A stretch of 64,000 nucleotides of DNA from an uncultured Candidatus Saccharibacteria bacterium. Its GTDB lineage: Bacteria; Patescibacteriota; Minisyncoccia; Portnoybacterales; UBA2143. The stretch lies in assembly GCA_964594155.1 (NCBI GenBank), contig CAZQLH010000002.1:44324-108323 (forward strand), read 5' to 3'. Both the position numbers and the translations under genes were made by a program. The notes under the pieces were generated by a model. That model was not told the origin of the DNA. It did no database searches and saw only the letters and a list, made by a program, of their open reading frames with translations. The stretch's first letter is position 1. Every line of letters begins with the position of its first letter. Below are positions 19,237-28,797 of this stretch, piece after piece.

Positions 19237-20949
19237 ATGAAAAAGATTATAATAACTATTCTTTTAATAATTCTTGTTTGTCTTATTTATCTAACCATAA
19301 CCCTTCAAATAGTTAATAGCCAAAAGATTGTCTGGGGCGTTAAAATAGCTGATTTTAGATTAAATGAACGCGGTTTTCCTTCTGCTCAAAGCGCGATTGA
19401 AGACAAATGGAATGATTTTGCCAGTCAAGAAATAACTTTTGTTTATCAAAATAAAACTTGGTCTGTTAAATTAGCTGATTTAGGATTTCAAATTGATTCC
19501 CAGTCAACTTTAAGACAAGCATACCAGATTGGCCGCCAATCAAATATCTTAATTAATTTAAGCAGCCAGATAGCTGCTTTAGCTGGGAAATATAATCTTG
19601 AGCCAGTTTATGAAATAAATAAGTCAGAATTTCAGGATAAAACCACTGAACTTTTTAAAAACATTGAAAAACCAGCCCAAAACGCTTCTTTGGTTTTTAA
19701 CAAAGAAATTAATGATTTTTCTCTCAAGCATTCATCAAAAGGAAACATTATTAACAGAAGCCAACTATTAGCTGACTTATCAAAAAACATTAAATCTTTT
19801 TCTAATGAATCAGTTAACTTGCAATTAATTCTTGATCGGCCTTTAGTAGAAAACAATGAAGTGGATTCTGCTCAAGAAAAAGCTCAACAGATTTTAGCTA
19901 ATCAGCCCTATCAACTAACTTTTGAATCTGCCCGGGCTGACTATCTTAATAAAAAAAGATACTGGACTATTAATAAAGAAACAATAATTGACTGGCTTAA
20001 ATTTGAACCAGTCAAAGAAAAAAATTCAGATAATAAAATTCTTGGTGTTTCTTTAGACAATGATAAGGTTGAAGAATATCTGAATAAAATTGCTTTATTT
20101 ATTGACCAGCCGCCAATTAACGCTCAATTAAAAACAGAAGGCAATAAAGCGATTGTTTTTATTCCGTCTGAAAATGGCTTTGAGGTTAAAAAAAAACAAA
20201 CCATTGAAAAAATATCTGAAAATATTTTAGCTGATTTGCCAATTAAAAAAACAGTTATTATTGCTGATAAGGCCCTTGCTAAAATATCTTTAAGCCAGAC
20301 CAATAAATTAGGCATTAACACTGTTATTGGCCAAGGAATTTCTAATTTTGCCGGTTCGCCTAAAAACAGAATTCATAACATTAAAACAGGAGCTGCTAAA
20401 TTAAATGGCTTGATTTTAAATCCAGGAGAAGAATTCTCTTTTAATGCTCTTTTAGGAGAAAGCGGGCCAGAACAAGGGTTCTTGCCAGAATTGGTTATTA
20501 AAAAGAATAAAACTATTCCTGAATACGGCGGCGGGCTTTGTCAGGTCTCAACCACTATTTTTAGATCAGCAGTTAATTCTGGATTGGAAATAACTCAACG
20601 AACATCTCATTCTTTTCCAGTAGAGTATTATAACCCTCAGGGATTTGACGCTACGGTTTATGATCCTTATCCTGACCTTCGCTTTATTAACAATACTCCT
20701 AATCACCTTTTGATTGAATCATTTACCCAGGGAACATATCTGACTTTTAATTTTTATGGCGCTAATGATGGTCGGGAAATTAAAATCAAAGGCCCTTATG
20801 TTTTAGAAAAAAATGAAGACGGTTCTATGAAAACCGTTCTAACCCAAGAAATCTATCAAGACGGCGAATTAATAAATAAGCAAGTATTTTCTTCTAATTA
20901 TAAGTCCCCTGACCTCTATCCAATAGAAAATGGAGAAAATGAAGAATAA
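19237..20949 (+). CDS. VanW-domain protein (YoaR-like)
   Basis: N-terminal TM, then a C-terminal GGGLCQVSTTIFRSAVNSGL...PVEYY VanW-type domain. Confidence 0.65.
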   Translation: MKKIIITILLIILVCLIYLTITLQIVNSQKIVWGVKIADFRLNERGFPSAQSAIEDKWNDFASQEITFVYQNKTWSVKLADLGFQIDSQSTLRQAYQIGRQSNILINLSSQIAALAGKYNLEPVYEINKSEFQDKTTELFKNIEKPAQNASLVFNKEINDFSLKHSSKGNIINRSQLLADLSKNIKSFSNESVNLQLILDRPLVENNEVDSAQEKAQQILANQPYQLTFESARADYLNKKRYWTINKETIIDWLKFEPVKEKNSDNKILGVSLDNDKVEEYLNKIALFIDQPPINAQLKTEGNKAIVFIPSENGFEVKKKQTIEKISENILADLPIKKTVIIADKALAKISLSQTNKLGINTVIGQGISNFAGSPKNRIHNIKTGAAKLNGLILNPGEEFSFNALLGESGPEQGFLPELVIKKNKTIPEYGGGLCQVSTTIFRSAVNSGLEITQRTSHSFPVEYYNPQGFDATVYDPYPDLRFINNTPNHLLIESFTQGTYLTFNFYGANDGREIKIKGPYVLEKNEDGSMKTVLTQEIYQDGELINKQVFSSNYKSPDLYPIENGENEE

Positions 20950-20962
20950 TCTCTCCCTATTT

Positions 20963-21736
20963 TTAATAGAGAACTTTTACTGGAATAAATTTTGTTTTAA
21001 CTTTAAATTGTTTTTCTAATTTCTTAGCTAAAGCTTGAACCCCAAAAACTTCTGTAGCATAATGCCCTCCTGCCACATAATTAAATTTCATCTCTTTAAC
21101 TGTTTGAGGAACATGTTCAGAGATTTCACCGGTTAGATACAAATCAACTTTTTCTTGAGATAATTGCATTAAAAAAGATGACTTGGAAGCGCCCCCGCTA
21201 ATTACAGCAATTGTCTTAATATTTTTTTTGCCATATAAAGACACTTCTGGTTTTTGTTTTAAAATCTTTGTTATTTTTCTAATTAATTCTTCTCTTGAAA
21301 TACTTTTTGGAAATACGCCAATAAAAAACACGCCTTTTAAGCCAGCGTATTCTCCAGCTTGGCGTTTAAAATCAGCGCCGAGTTTTTTTAATATTAAAAT
21401 GTTATTGCCAACTTCTTCATGAAAATCTAATGGCAAATGATAACAAAGCAAAGAAATATTTTTTTCCATAAGAAATTTTATCCGATCTTTGTTAATGCCA
21501 ATAATTCCATTATTTAACGCATCTTTGCGTAAAATCGCATGATGAGTAATAATCATATCTGCTTTCCATTGAGCAGCTTTTTTAAAAAGCTCCATATTAG
21601 GCGAAACACCAAATGCAATTTTCTCAACCCTATCCTTTCCTTCAATATTTAAACCGTTAATTGTTGTATCATTAGAAAAATCACTAACTTTTAAATAGTG
21701 ATTAAGAAATTTTTCAATATCTTTTAATTTTGTCAT
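20963..21736 (-). CDS. Nif3-family dinuclear metal centre protein (YqfO/GTP cyclohydrolase 1 type 2-like)
   Basis: ITHHA and GGHYATE motifs, 257 aa. Confidence 0.75.
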   Translation of the reverse strand: MTKLKDIEKFLNHYLKVSDFSNDTTINGLNIEGKDRVEKIAFGVSPNMELFKKAAQWKADMIITHHAILRKDALNNGIIGINKDRIKFLMEKNISLLCYHLPLDFHEEVGNNILILKKLGADFKRQAGEYAGLKGVFFIGVFPKSISREELIRKITKILKQKPEVSLYGKKNIKTIAVISGGASKSSFLMQLSQEKVDLYLTGEISEHVPQTVKEMKFNYVAGGHYATEVFGVQALAKKLEKQFKVKTKFIPVKVLY

Positions 21737-21826
21737 ATTTTAATAATAAGTTATTAAATCTAAAAAATCAATAAAAATAGGGGGCTTGTTTATTAAGCCC
21801 CCTATAATAGCTAACGTCTTATGACG

Positions 21827-23233
21827 CTAAAGCTTTTTGACCAACCAGTGTTTTGGATCCCAGATATTAGGATCAAAATTATACTGGTTGATTCTCGGCA
21901 ATCTGAGATTGATTGACGGATAAATCACAAAATCCAGTTTATCAGCGCCAAATACATGCTTAATCAGAGAAAAAAGACGATCATTCCGAATCTGATGCAT
22001 GTATGAATCCGGACCTTCAAGAAGATATTTATGCATATACCTGCCGCTAAGATGGTATGATTTCCCGTTTTTGGATGTTAATAATCCAATTAATACAATG
22101 AAAAAATGGGAATCCAAAACCAATCTGACTTTTCGGCTAATTTTATGTCCAGGATTATCCTGAATCTGAGCCAACTCGGAAAAAGTCTGAAAAGCGTTTT
22201 CAGGAGCGTCAATCAGCTTAAACTCGACTTCTTTAAAAGAAGAACTGGTGTATGTTGCAATGCCTTTGTAGATTTCTCTCAGCCGATATGTTAATCCTTT
22301 TTCGTCTATTAAACGGTAATATCTTTCCGGATCTTTCTCAGCAATAATCCCAAGGATTTCCAGTATTTTATCTTTTCCTATTCTATCCAGCAGAAACTTA
22401 CTGGAAAGAATGCAATTTGAAAAAATACTCCTTGTTGCTGTCACATGAAAATTAAAGGGAGATGACGATTCCTGGGCCAAATCGCGAAAGTCGCCAAAAT
22501 CAATCTGATTCAACGCTTTGGAATCCCATTCCGCATAAGGACCCCAAATTTCATCAGATGATTTAGGAGATATTCTTTTGTCATTAAACATCCCTACATT
22601 GTCTGATTTCTCCTTAAACTCATGCAAGATAACCGGAACGCCTGTTGCTGACGGAACCAACATAACTGGAGAATCCCAAGTGCCAATATGGCCAGACCTG
22701 ACAATTCCTTTTTCAATAGCTGCGCTGAAAGACCCCATGTTTTTGCCGTCCTTTACTGAAAAATCATAAGATGATTTTCTATTTGGATCTATCCCGTAAG
22801 GCCAGAAAAAATAATTGCCTGATCTATCGCGCCAATTTTGCCCATGAATGATCCATGACCCGATGATGTTATTAGCAACTGACAAAGATTTACGCTCCTT
22901 AAACCTATGTCTTTTGTTGTTTCTGGAAACAGGGATAACACACATCTCGCCATCGCAAACATGCTTAAGGCTAAAACTTTCCGCGTCTTCTAAAAACAAT
23001 CCTTCCTTAACGCCAATCTTTAGAACAAATTCCCGCTCTTCTCCAGTGTTATTAAGTATAACCTTGCCTATACAAACTCCTTCTTTCCATTGCCCGAAAT
23101 CTCTAACATTGAAACATGGAGAAATCCTAGGATGAGCAATTTGCCTTAAAACTTCTTCAGCAAATCCTCCTGGCATTGCGGAAATAACATTGATAATTTG
23201 TTCTCCTGGAATCAATCCTCCTTTTGCTTTCAT
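21827..23233 (-). CDS. Hypothetical protein (468 aa) with visibly higher GC and different codon usage than its neighbours
   Basis: Long clean ORF and no motif recognised. The nucleotide composition is roughly 40% GC against about 33% for flanking genes, judged by eye. Confidence 0.5.
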   Translation of the reverse strand: MKAKGGLIPGEQIINVISAMPGGFAEEVLRQIAHPRISPCFNVRDFGQWKEGVCIGKVILNNTGEEREFVLKIGVKEGLFLEDAESFSLKHVCDGEMCVIPVSRNNKRHRFKERKSLSVANNIIGSWIIHGQNWRDRSGNYFFWPYGIDPNRKSSYDFSVKDGKNMGSFSAAIEKGIVRSGHIGTWDSPVMLVPSATGVPVILHEFKEKSDNVGMFNDKRISPKSSDEIWGPYAEWDSKALNQIDFGDFRDLAQESSSPFNFHVTATRSIFSNCILSSKFLLDRIGKDKILEILGIIAEKDPERYYRLIDEKGLTYRLREIYKGIATYTSSSFKEVEFKLIDAPENAFQTFSELAQIQDNPGHKISRKVRLVLDSHFFIVLIGLLTSKNGKSYHLSGRYMHKYLLEGPDSYMHQIRNDRLFSLIKHVFGADKLDFVIYPSINLRLPRINQYNFDPNIWDPKHWLVKKL

Positions 23234-23493
23234 AATACCTCCTTTTTGTAATAAGATTTTAAAGAGCTATATTTCTAAAACAAAAAACCGGCCTAATCAG
23301 ACCGACTTTGATTTAATGAAAATGTTTTCTGTGCTAAGTTATTCTAATTTCCCCTAAATCAAAACCGGTCTGGCTAAACCAGATAAAAGCAATTACTAAC
23401 AAATAATAGGCTTTGATTAAAGTATCCATAATATAGGTTAATCTTAATAAATTACTCATTAACTGTCAAATTATTTTATCCACAGTATATTGG

Positions 23494-23577
23494 TGCGGAC
23501 GGTGGGAGTTGAACCCACACGAGATTACTCTCACTAGGTCCTAAACCTAGCGCGTCTGCCAATTCCGCCACGTCCGC
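23494..23577 (-). tRNA. tRNA-Leu (anticodon TAG)
   Basis: Reverse complement has acceptor GCGGACG/CGTCCGC, anticodon stem CTAGG/CCTAG, loop TTTAGGA, a long variable arm and GTTCAACT. Confidence 0.8.
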
Positions 23578-23735
23578 ATACTATATTCTAAACATTTTTT
23601 TAATCATTAGTCAACTATTGACTTTTCTGTTTTATTGATATATAATATAGATAATAAATTAGGAAAAAGGAGGGACTTAATTTAAAGTTCCTTGAAAATT
23701 TAATAAATTACTGAAATGCAGAAAAGGAGGAAAAA

Positions 23736-24710
23736 ATGTCGCAAAAACTGAAAAATTTTTGGCAAAGAGAAAAAAGGTTTACCTTAATTACACTTAACAC
23801 AGTCGGCTTGATTTATATTTTCATTCGTCTTATTCAATTCTCTACAACGACAAAATTACTTCTTGGATTTGTCGCGCTTCTTCTTTTAATTGCCTTAATA
23901 GGCGGAACAACAGTTATTGGCACAAAAAAGAAAGCAAAAGAAGATGATGAAGAAGAAAAGAAAATTAAAGGAGATCAACTTTTAGCCGGTATTTTAAGAA
24001 ACACACCAGCTAATATGATTTGGGTTACGCGAAGATCTGTATTTGGTTCAGATATTGAATCTCAAGATCTTGAAGGTTATCGCGCTCAAAAAGAAGGATG
24101 GGGTTATTATGTCCCTTATTACCATGAAGATCTTGGTTTTGTTGACTTATCACCAATACCAAGAGATCCAGAATCAATTACTGTTAACACCAGTGATAAT
24201 CAGACAGCAATTGTTGACTGGCGAATTGAAACATTTGTTCCTGACGATAACAGCGCTATTATATTAGCTACCAAAGTTGATGGTAATAGAGAAGAATTTG
24301 AAGACAAAAAAGCAATTGTCATCCTTAATCAAATTTGCTCAGAAAAAACACAAGACGACCTTACTAGACTTGATCCAGGCGAACTTAAGCAAATAGGAGA
24401 TGATACGAAAGATAGATTTAATAATGAAATGAAAGATCTAGGAATTCGAGCTCGGGCTTTGGAAATTAAAAAAATCCTAATGCCTGAAGAAATTAGAGCT
24501 GCTGCTGAATACAAAACAGTAACTGAAATAAGAAAAAAAGTGGCAGCAATTAAGGCAGAAGAATTAGAAACAATTATTAATGCCACAAAAGCCAATGCAA
24601 CTAAAGTTGTTGTGACAGAAATGGTTCGTGACATGCTAACCAACATAGCAGATGTATTTGTTAACGCACTCAGAACACATCAAGAGACAAAGGAGGACAA
24701 AGATGAATAG
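23736..24710 (+). CDS. SPFH/band-7 (stomatin/HflC-like) domain membrane protein
   Basis: N-terminal TM. GIRARALEIKKILMPEEIRAAAEYKTVTEIRKKVAAIKAE resembles the SPFH C-terminal region. Confidence 0.6.
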   Translation: MSQKLKNFWQREKRFTLITLNTVGLIYIFIRLIQFSTTTKLLLGFVALLLLIALIGGTTVIGTKKKAKEDDEEEKKIKGDQLLAGILRNTPANMIWVTRRSVFGSDIESQDLEGYRAQKEGWGYYVPYYHEDLGFVDLSPIPRDPESITVNTSDNQTAIVDWRIETFVPDDNSAIILATKVDGNREEFEDKKAIVILNQICSEKTQDDLTRLDPGELKQIGDDTKDRFNNEMKDLGIRARALEIKKILMPEEIRAAAEYKTVTEIRKKVAAIKAEELETIINATKANATKVVVTEMVRDMLTNIADVFVNALRTHQETKEDKDE

Positions 24711-25686
24711 ATTAAAGATGAATAGATATAGAATTATATTTATCACGTCAATAATCCTGTTCGTTATATTAAGTATTGTTTCCTCTATAATAGGAACAGG
24801 GCTATTTCAAAGCTTTCTCATTTTAACAGCTTTAATACTCCTCTTATTTGTTTCCATAGGAGGAATAGCTATTCTAGGCCATCAAAAATTCTGGTGGGAC
24901 TATTTCAAACCTTTGGCTGCCCTTCCGATTGCCTGGGGATTACTTCATTTAGGTTTTGCTCTTCTATTCCCGGACACCTCTAAAGAAATTTGGGCTGTTC
25001 ATTGGAAAATCTTATTAGTAATTGAACTTTCTGTTTTTGTTTTAAATTCAATTGTTAATAAAAACACTGCTTTTGAAAAAAGAGCATCGCAGAAACTCTT
25101 AGTAGCTTCTTACGTCTTATTCTTCATTGTTTCTGGAACTATGATTACCTATCGGTTATTCTGGGGAGAATCTGCAGTCAATCTTGATAAAACCATCTCA
25201 TCCAGACTTATAACTTCAAAAGTAGAGTTGATCGCAGGAAACATTGAAAAACTTACCAATGACCAAAAAACAAAACCTCTGTTAGATGAATTAAAGCAGT
25301 TAAACAAAGAAGTGGAAAAAAGACTTCTTACTGAAGCTGAATTAGAAAAGAAGGAAGAATTAATAACAAAAATTAAGGAACAATATGAAACAAACGCTAA
25401 TTCTACTGATCCTCCAGCTACAGAAGAAACTCCTATTTCATCCCGCCCTGGCACTATTACAGTACCCTCTGGATGGGGTCTGTATAAAACAGATGTCTTT
25501 ATTAACAAGGGCGAACGAATATGGCTAGATGCTAATCCATCAGCAATTCTATTGGATTGCAAAACAGGAAGGAAAATAGAAATTACTTGGGAAGGTATCC
25601 TTTTATCTCCTACAAGAAAAGAAGGAAAACTTTTCTTTGTAAAACAATCAAAATCCAGTTCGGTAAATTATCGAATAGGAATTTGA
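24703..25686 (+). CDS. NfeD-like membrane protein (multi-TM N-terminus, soluble beta-rich C-terminus), partner of the SPFH gene
   Basis: ATG at 24703 preceded by aaggagg, four TM segments and a C-terminal soluble domain. The NfeD assignment is inferred from context. Confidence 0.4.
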   Translation: MNRLKMNRYRIIFITSIILFVILSIVSSIIGTGLFQSFLILTALILLLFVSIGGIAILGHQKFWWDYFKPLAALPIAWGLLHLGFALLFPDTSKEIWAVHWKILLVIELSVFVLNSIVNKNTAFEKRASQKLLVASYVLFFIVSGTMITYRLFWGESAVNLDKTISSRLITSKVELIAGNIEKLTNDQKTKPLLDELKQLNKEVEKRLLTEAELEKKEELITKIKEQYETNANSTDPPATEETPISSRPGTITVPSGWGLYKTDVFINKGERIWLDANPSAILLDCKTGRKIEITWEGILLSPTRKEGKLFFVKQSKSSSVNYRIGI

Positions 25687-25816
25687 AAAGTAGGAGGGAA
25701 AACAACAAAAAAAGCCAGACAGGGCAAAGCATAAAACGCTTTCTCTCCTGGCTTTTTATATTTCCAAAAAATAACGTTAATTAATAACAATTAATATTAT
25801 TTGACTATAGTTCACA

Positions 25817-26158
25817 CTATCCCGTTACTAAAGTTTTCACTATAGCTACTAATCCTTTAGCTAAAACAGCTACACCAACACCAACTAAAGCATATATTAA
25901 AGTTTTTCTAGCATTATCTAGTTTATCTGAATCTCCAGCAGCTGTCATCCAACCAAAACCAGCATAAATAATCATAAACGCGGCTACTGCTATAAGAATA
26001 GCAAATGCCCAATCTACTATTTTATCTATAATATCAATCAAACCTTCTATATTCGTAGGCCCTGTAGGTGCTGTGTCTACTCTAGCAACAACAGGCAAAA
26101 CAAAAACTCCAAAAACCAATACTAAAGACAAAATCCAAACAATTCTATTTTTCATCAA
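25817..26158 (-). CDS. Small secreted/membrane protein, VirB2/TrbC-pilin-like (paralog 1 of 3)
   Basis: Signal peptide plus two hydrophobic helices, with a shared IIYAGF...A.KTLxYALVG core. Confidence 0.5.
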   Translation of the reverse strand: MMKNRIVWILSLVLVFGVFVLPVVARVDTAPTGPTNIEGLIDIIDKIVDWAFAILIAVAAFMIIYAGFGWMTAAGDSDKLDNARKTLIYALVGVGVAVLAKGLVAIVKTLVTG

Positions 26159-26184
26159 TTTTCACCCCCTTTCATTTTAATAAC

Positions 26185-26553
26185 TTATTTAACTCCAAGA
26201 AGTTCTTTTAGCATATAAACAAAACCCTCGCCTATCACTAATATTAATAATCCAACTAAAGCATATGTTAAAGTCTTTTTAGCTTTAGTAATTTCTTCAT
26301 CTCTGCCAGCAGAAAACATATATAAAAAACCAGCATAAATAATCATAAGCACAGCTACTGCTTCGCCAACTCTAATAAGCCATCCAATAATATTTTTAAC
26401 TAATGTTGTAAAATCTTTTGCATTGAGCGGATTTTGTAATGTTCCAGACCATCCTCCTGCTCCTGTTCCATTAGTAGCCAAAACAAAAACTGGCAAGCAT
26501 AATGATATCAACATGATAACCAAAGAAATTTTTTTAAAATTATTTTTATTCAT
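26185..26553 (-). CDS. Small secreted/membrane protein, VirB2/TrbC-pilin-like (paralog 2 of 3)
   Basis: MIIYAGFLYMFSAGRDEEITKAKKTLTYALVGL parallels paralog 1. Confidence 0.5.
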   Translation of the reverse strand: MNKNNFKKISLVIMLISLCLPVFVLATNGTGAGGWSGTLQNPLNAKDFTTLVKNIIGWLIRVGEAVAVLMIIYAGFLYMFSAGRDEEITKAKKTLTYALVGLLILVIGEGFVYMLKELLGVK

Positions 26554-26555
26554 AT

Positions 26556-26963
26556 TTATTTACAAATAGGAAATTTATTCCAAGCCCCGCTAAATGTTCC
26601 TACAGCAATAGTTTTAAGCAATGTATCAATTAAAAGCCAACTACAGAAAATAATGACTAACCCAGTAACTGTATTAGTAAAAATACTTCTAGCCAAATCA
26701 ACTCTGTCCTGACTGCCGCCAGAAGTCAATAAAATAACACCAGATGCAGCAAATAAAAGCGCGCCTATTGGAATAGCTAAATTAAAACTAATAAAATTAA
26801 TGACATTACTAGCTAAATGCCATAAATCACAAAGATCACAAGGATTTTTTTCACTACCACAAGGAACAAGCGGATCTGTAACAATGCCAGCCAAAGCCAA
26901 ATTAGCGCTAAATAATCCAATTAATAATAAGGAACTAATTATAATTTTTTGATAAAATTTCAT
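26556..26963 (-). CDS. Small secreted/membrane protein with a Cys-rich N-terminal segment (divergent paralog 3)
   Basis: Signal peptide, CGSEKNPCDLCDLW, and two hydrophobic helices. Confidence 0.45.
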   Translation of the reverse strand: MKFYQKIIISSLLLIGLFSANLALAGIVTDPLVPCGSEKNPCDLCDLWHLASNVINFISFNLAIPIGALLFAASGVILLTSGGSQDRVDLARSIFTNTVTGLVIIFCSWLLIDTLLKTIAVGTFSGAWNKFPICK

Positions 26964-28246
26964 AAACCATTAATATCATTGACTGCCTTGTTAATAGCAT
27001 CTTTAATAGTTGACTGTCCTAATACTACTGATTCTATCATATCTGCTAAAACAGTTTCAATAGATAAGTTATCCACTTGAGGCCAGGAATAAGCAGTAAG
27101 AGATTGCTGGGCGAAAACGCCTAAATCTGGATCATCTTTTTGTGAAAAGATTAAATCACGGCGAGCAGTTGGTTTCTTAGTTAATTCTAAGTATTTTTGA
27201 GCATTTTCCTTTTGCGTCAGCCAAACAATGAATTGCCAGGCTTCATTAATATCTTCAGTATTATGAGATACAGTTATTCCCCAATAATTAGCGTAATTAA
27301 CATCTTTTTCTGAAGATTTAATTTGAGGCATTGGCGCAACGCCAAAATTCAAATATGGCGATTTAGCTCTGATAGTTGGCAAATGATAAGAATAATTAAA
27401 CATCATGGCTACTTTTCCTTTGTAAAACGCATCAATTGAATAATCCATTCTTGTGTTCCAAGTATAAACTGACTTTAAAGGATTTGTAAAATCAGTGTAA
27501 AATTCTAAAGCTCTTTCACCAGGATTAAAGCTTTGGCCATTTAAACTAACTATTTGATTAAAAGCCGCCTTATTTGTCTGTTCATTAACCATTTGAGCGC
27601 CTGATTGAATCATTAAAAGAGATACAATATCAGTTGAACGGTTAATATTTCTTGGAGCGCCTAAAGCAGCTCCAGCTCGCTCAATATTCCCCCGATCATC
27701 TTGAATAGTAATTTTTTCTACAACAGCTAAAAATTCTTCCCAAGTTTGAGGCGGTTGAGGAATGCCATTTGTATTAAAAATGTCTTTGTTGTAATAAAGA
27801 GCTAAAGTATCAACACTTAAAGGAAGAGCGGCAATATAGTTATCAATGACAAAATCATTAACAACTACATCAACAAAATTATCTTGAAATTCTTTTAAAG
27901 TAAGCAAATTTGAGGGAACTCCCCAAATCTTATCTTCATAACGACTTGGCCAAGTATGATGAATCATAAAAATATCTGGGCCCCGTCCAGTAGCCATAGC
28001 TTCTAATAGATCTTTTTCATAGGTCTGGCTGTTTTTTTTGCGGTAATTAATTGTAATATTAGAATAGGTTTCATTAAAATCTGCTATTAATGTTTGAAAA
28101 ACATCTGAATCGTCAAAAACACCCCAGAATTCCAGTTCTACTTTTTTAAGAGAAACTGGCTTGCGGCCGAACAGGAATATTAAAATGCCCCCTATTATCA
28201 GGATTGCAACAGCAGCAATAATAATGATTTTTTTTCTATCAAGCAT
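26960..28246 (-). CDS. ABC transporter substrate-binding protein (family 1, sugar-type), membrane-anchored
   Basis: N-terminal TM anchor and an SBP_bac_1-like sequence. No permease or ATPase is adjacent. Confidence 0.65.
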   Translation of the reverse strand: MLDRKKIIIIAAVAILIIGGILIFLFGRKPVSLKKVELEFWGVFDDSDVFQTLIADFNETYSNITINYRKKNSQTYEKDLLEAMATGRGPDIFMIHHTWPSRYEDKIWGVPSNLLTLKEFQDNFVDVVVNDFVIDNYIAALPLSVDTLALYYNKDIFNTNGIPQPPQTWEEFLAVVEKITIQDDRGNIERAGAALGAPRNINRSTDIVSLLMIQSGAQMVNEQTNKAAFNQIVSLNGQSFNPGERALEFYTDFTNPLKSVYTWNTRMDYSIDAFYKGKVAMMFNYSYHLPTIRAKSPYLNFGVAPMPQIKSSEKDVNYANYWGITVSHNTEDINEAWQFIVWLTQKENAQKYLELTKKPTARRDLIFSQKDDPDLGVFAQQSLTAYSWPQVDNLSIETVLADMIESVVLGQSTIKDAINKAVNDINGL

Positions 28247-28248
28247 AA

Positions 28249-28785
28249 CTATTTCATGAAAACTATCCCGTAATGCTGTTTATCTATCTTAAGTTCTTTG
28301 TCAAAAACCATTTTTTCATCTTCAACAATCTTCCTGGCTTCTTCTTTTGAAATTGTCCATCCTTTTTTAGGAGCTAAAGATGAATCAGGAATCCAATCGA
28401 TTAAAATCATTTGTCCTTGTTTTTTCAAAACTCGTTTAGCTTCTTTAATAATCTCTCTTTTCTTTTCTGTTTGGAATAAAATATTAGCTAAAACAACTAA
28501 ATCCATTGAATTATCAGGCAGTTTGGAACCATTGAGAGTCTCAAGATTACAATGGATAGCTTTAATATTATCAACCTTGTCTAATTCAGCCTGGCTTTTG
28601 ACTGCTTCTAAGGCTGATTTTTGCACATCTAAGATATATATTTTTCCCTGGTTAGCCATTTTTGCCAAAGGAATGCTGAAATAACCATGACCACAGCCAA
28701 AATCAGCCGCTTGCATGTTATCGCGGATATCTAACTGCTTTAAAATTGCTTCTGGGTCAAGAAACCCGCCAGTATGCTCAATCAT
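28249..28785 (-). CDS. Class I SAM-dependent methyltransferase
   Basis: DFGCGHGYFSIPLA motif I. Confidence 0.7.
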   Translation of the reverse strand: MIEHTGGFLDPEAILKQLDIRDNMQAADFGCGHGYFSIPLAKMANQGKIYILDVQKSALEAVKSQAELDKVDNIKAIHCNLETLNGSKLPDNSMDLVVLANILFQTEKKREIIKEAKRVLKKQGQMILIDWIPDSSLAPKKGWTISKEEARKIVEDEKMVFDKELKIDKQHYGIVFMK

Positions 28786-28797
28786 AAAATTTTAAAT

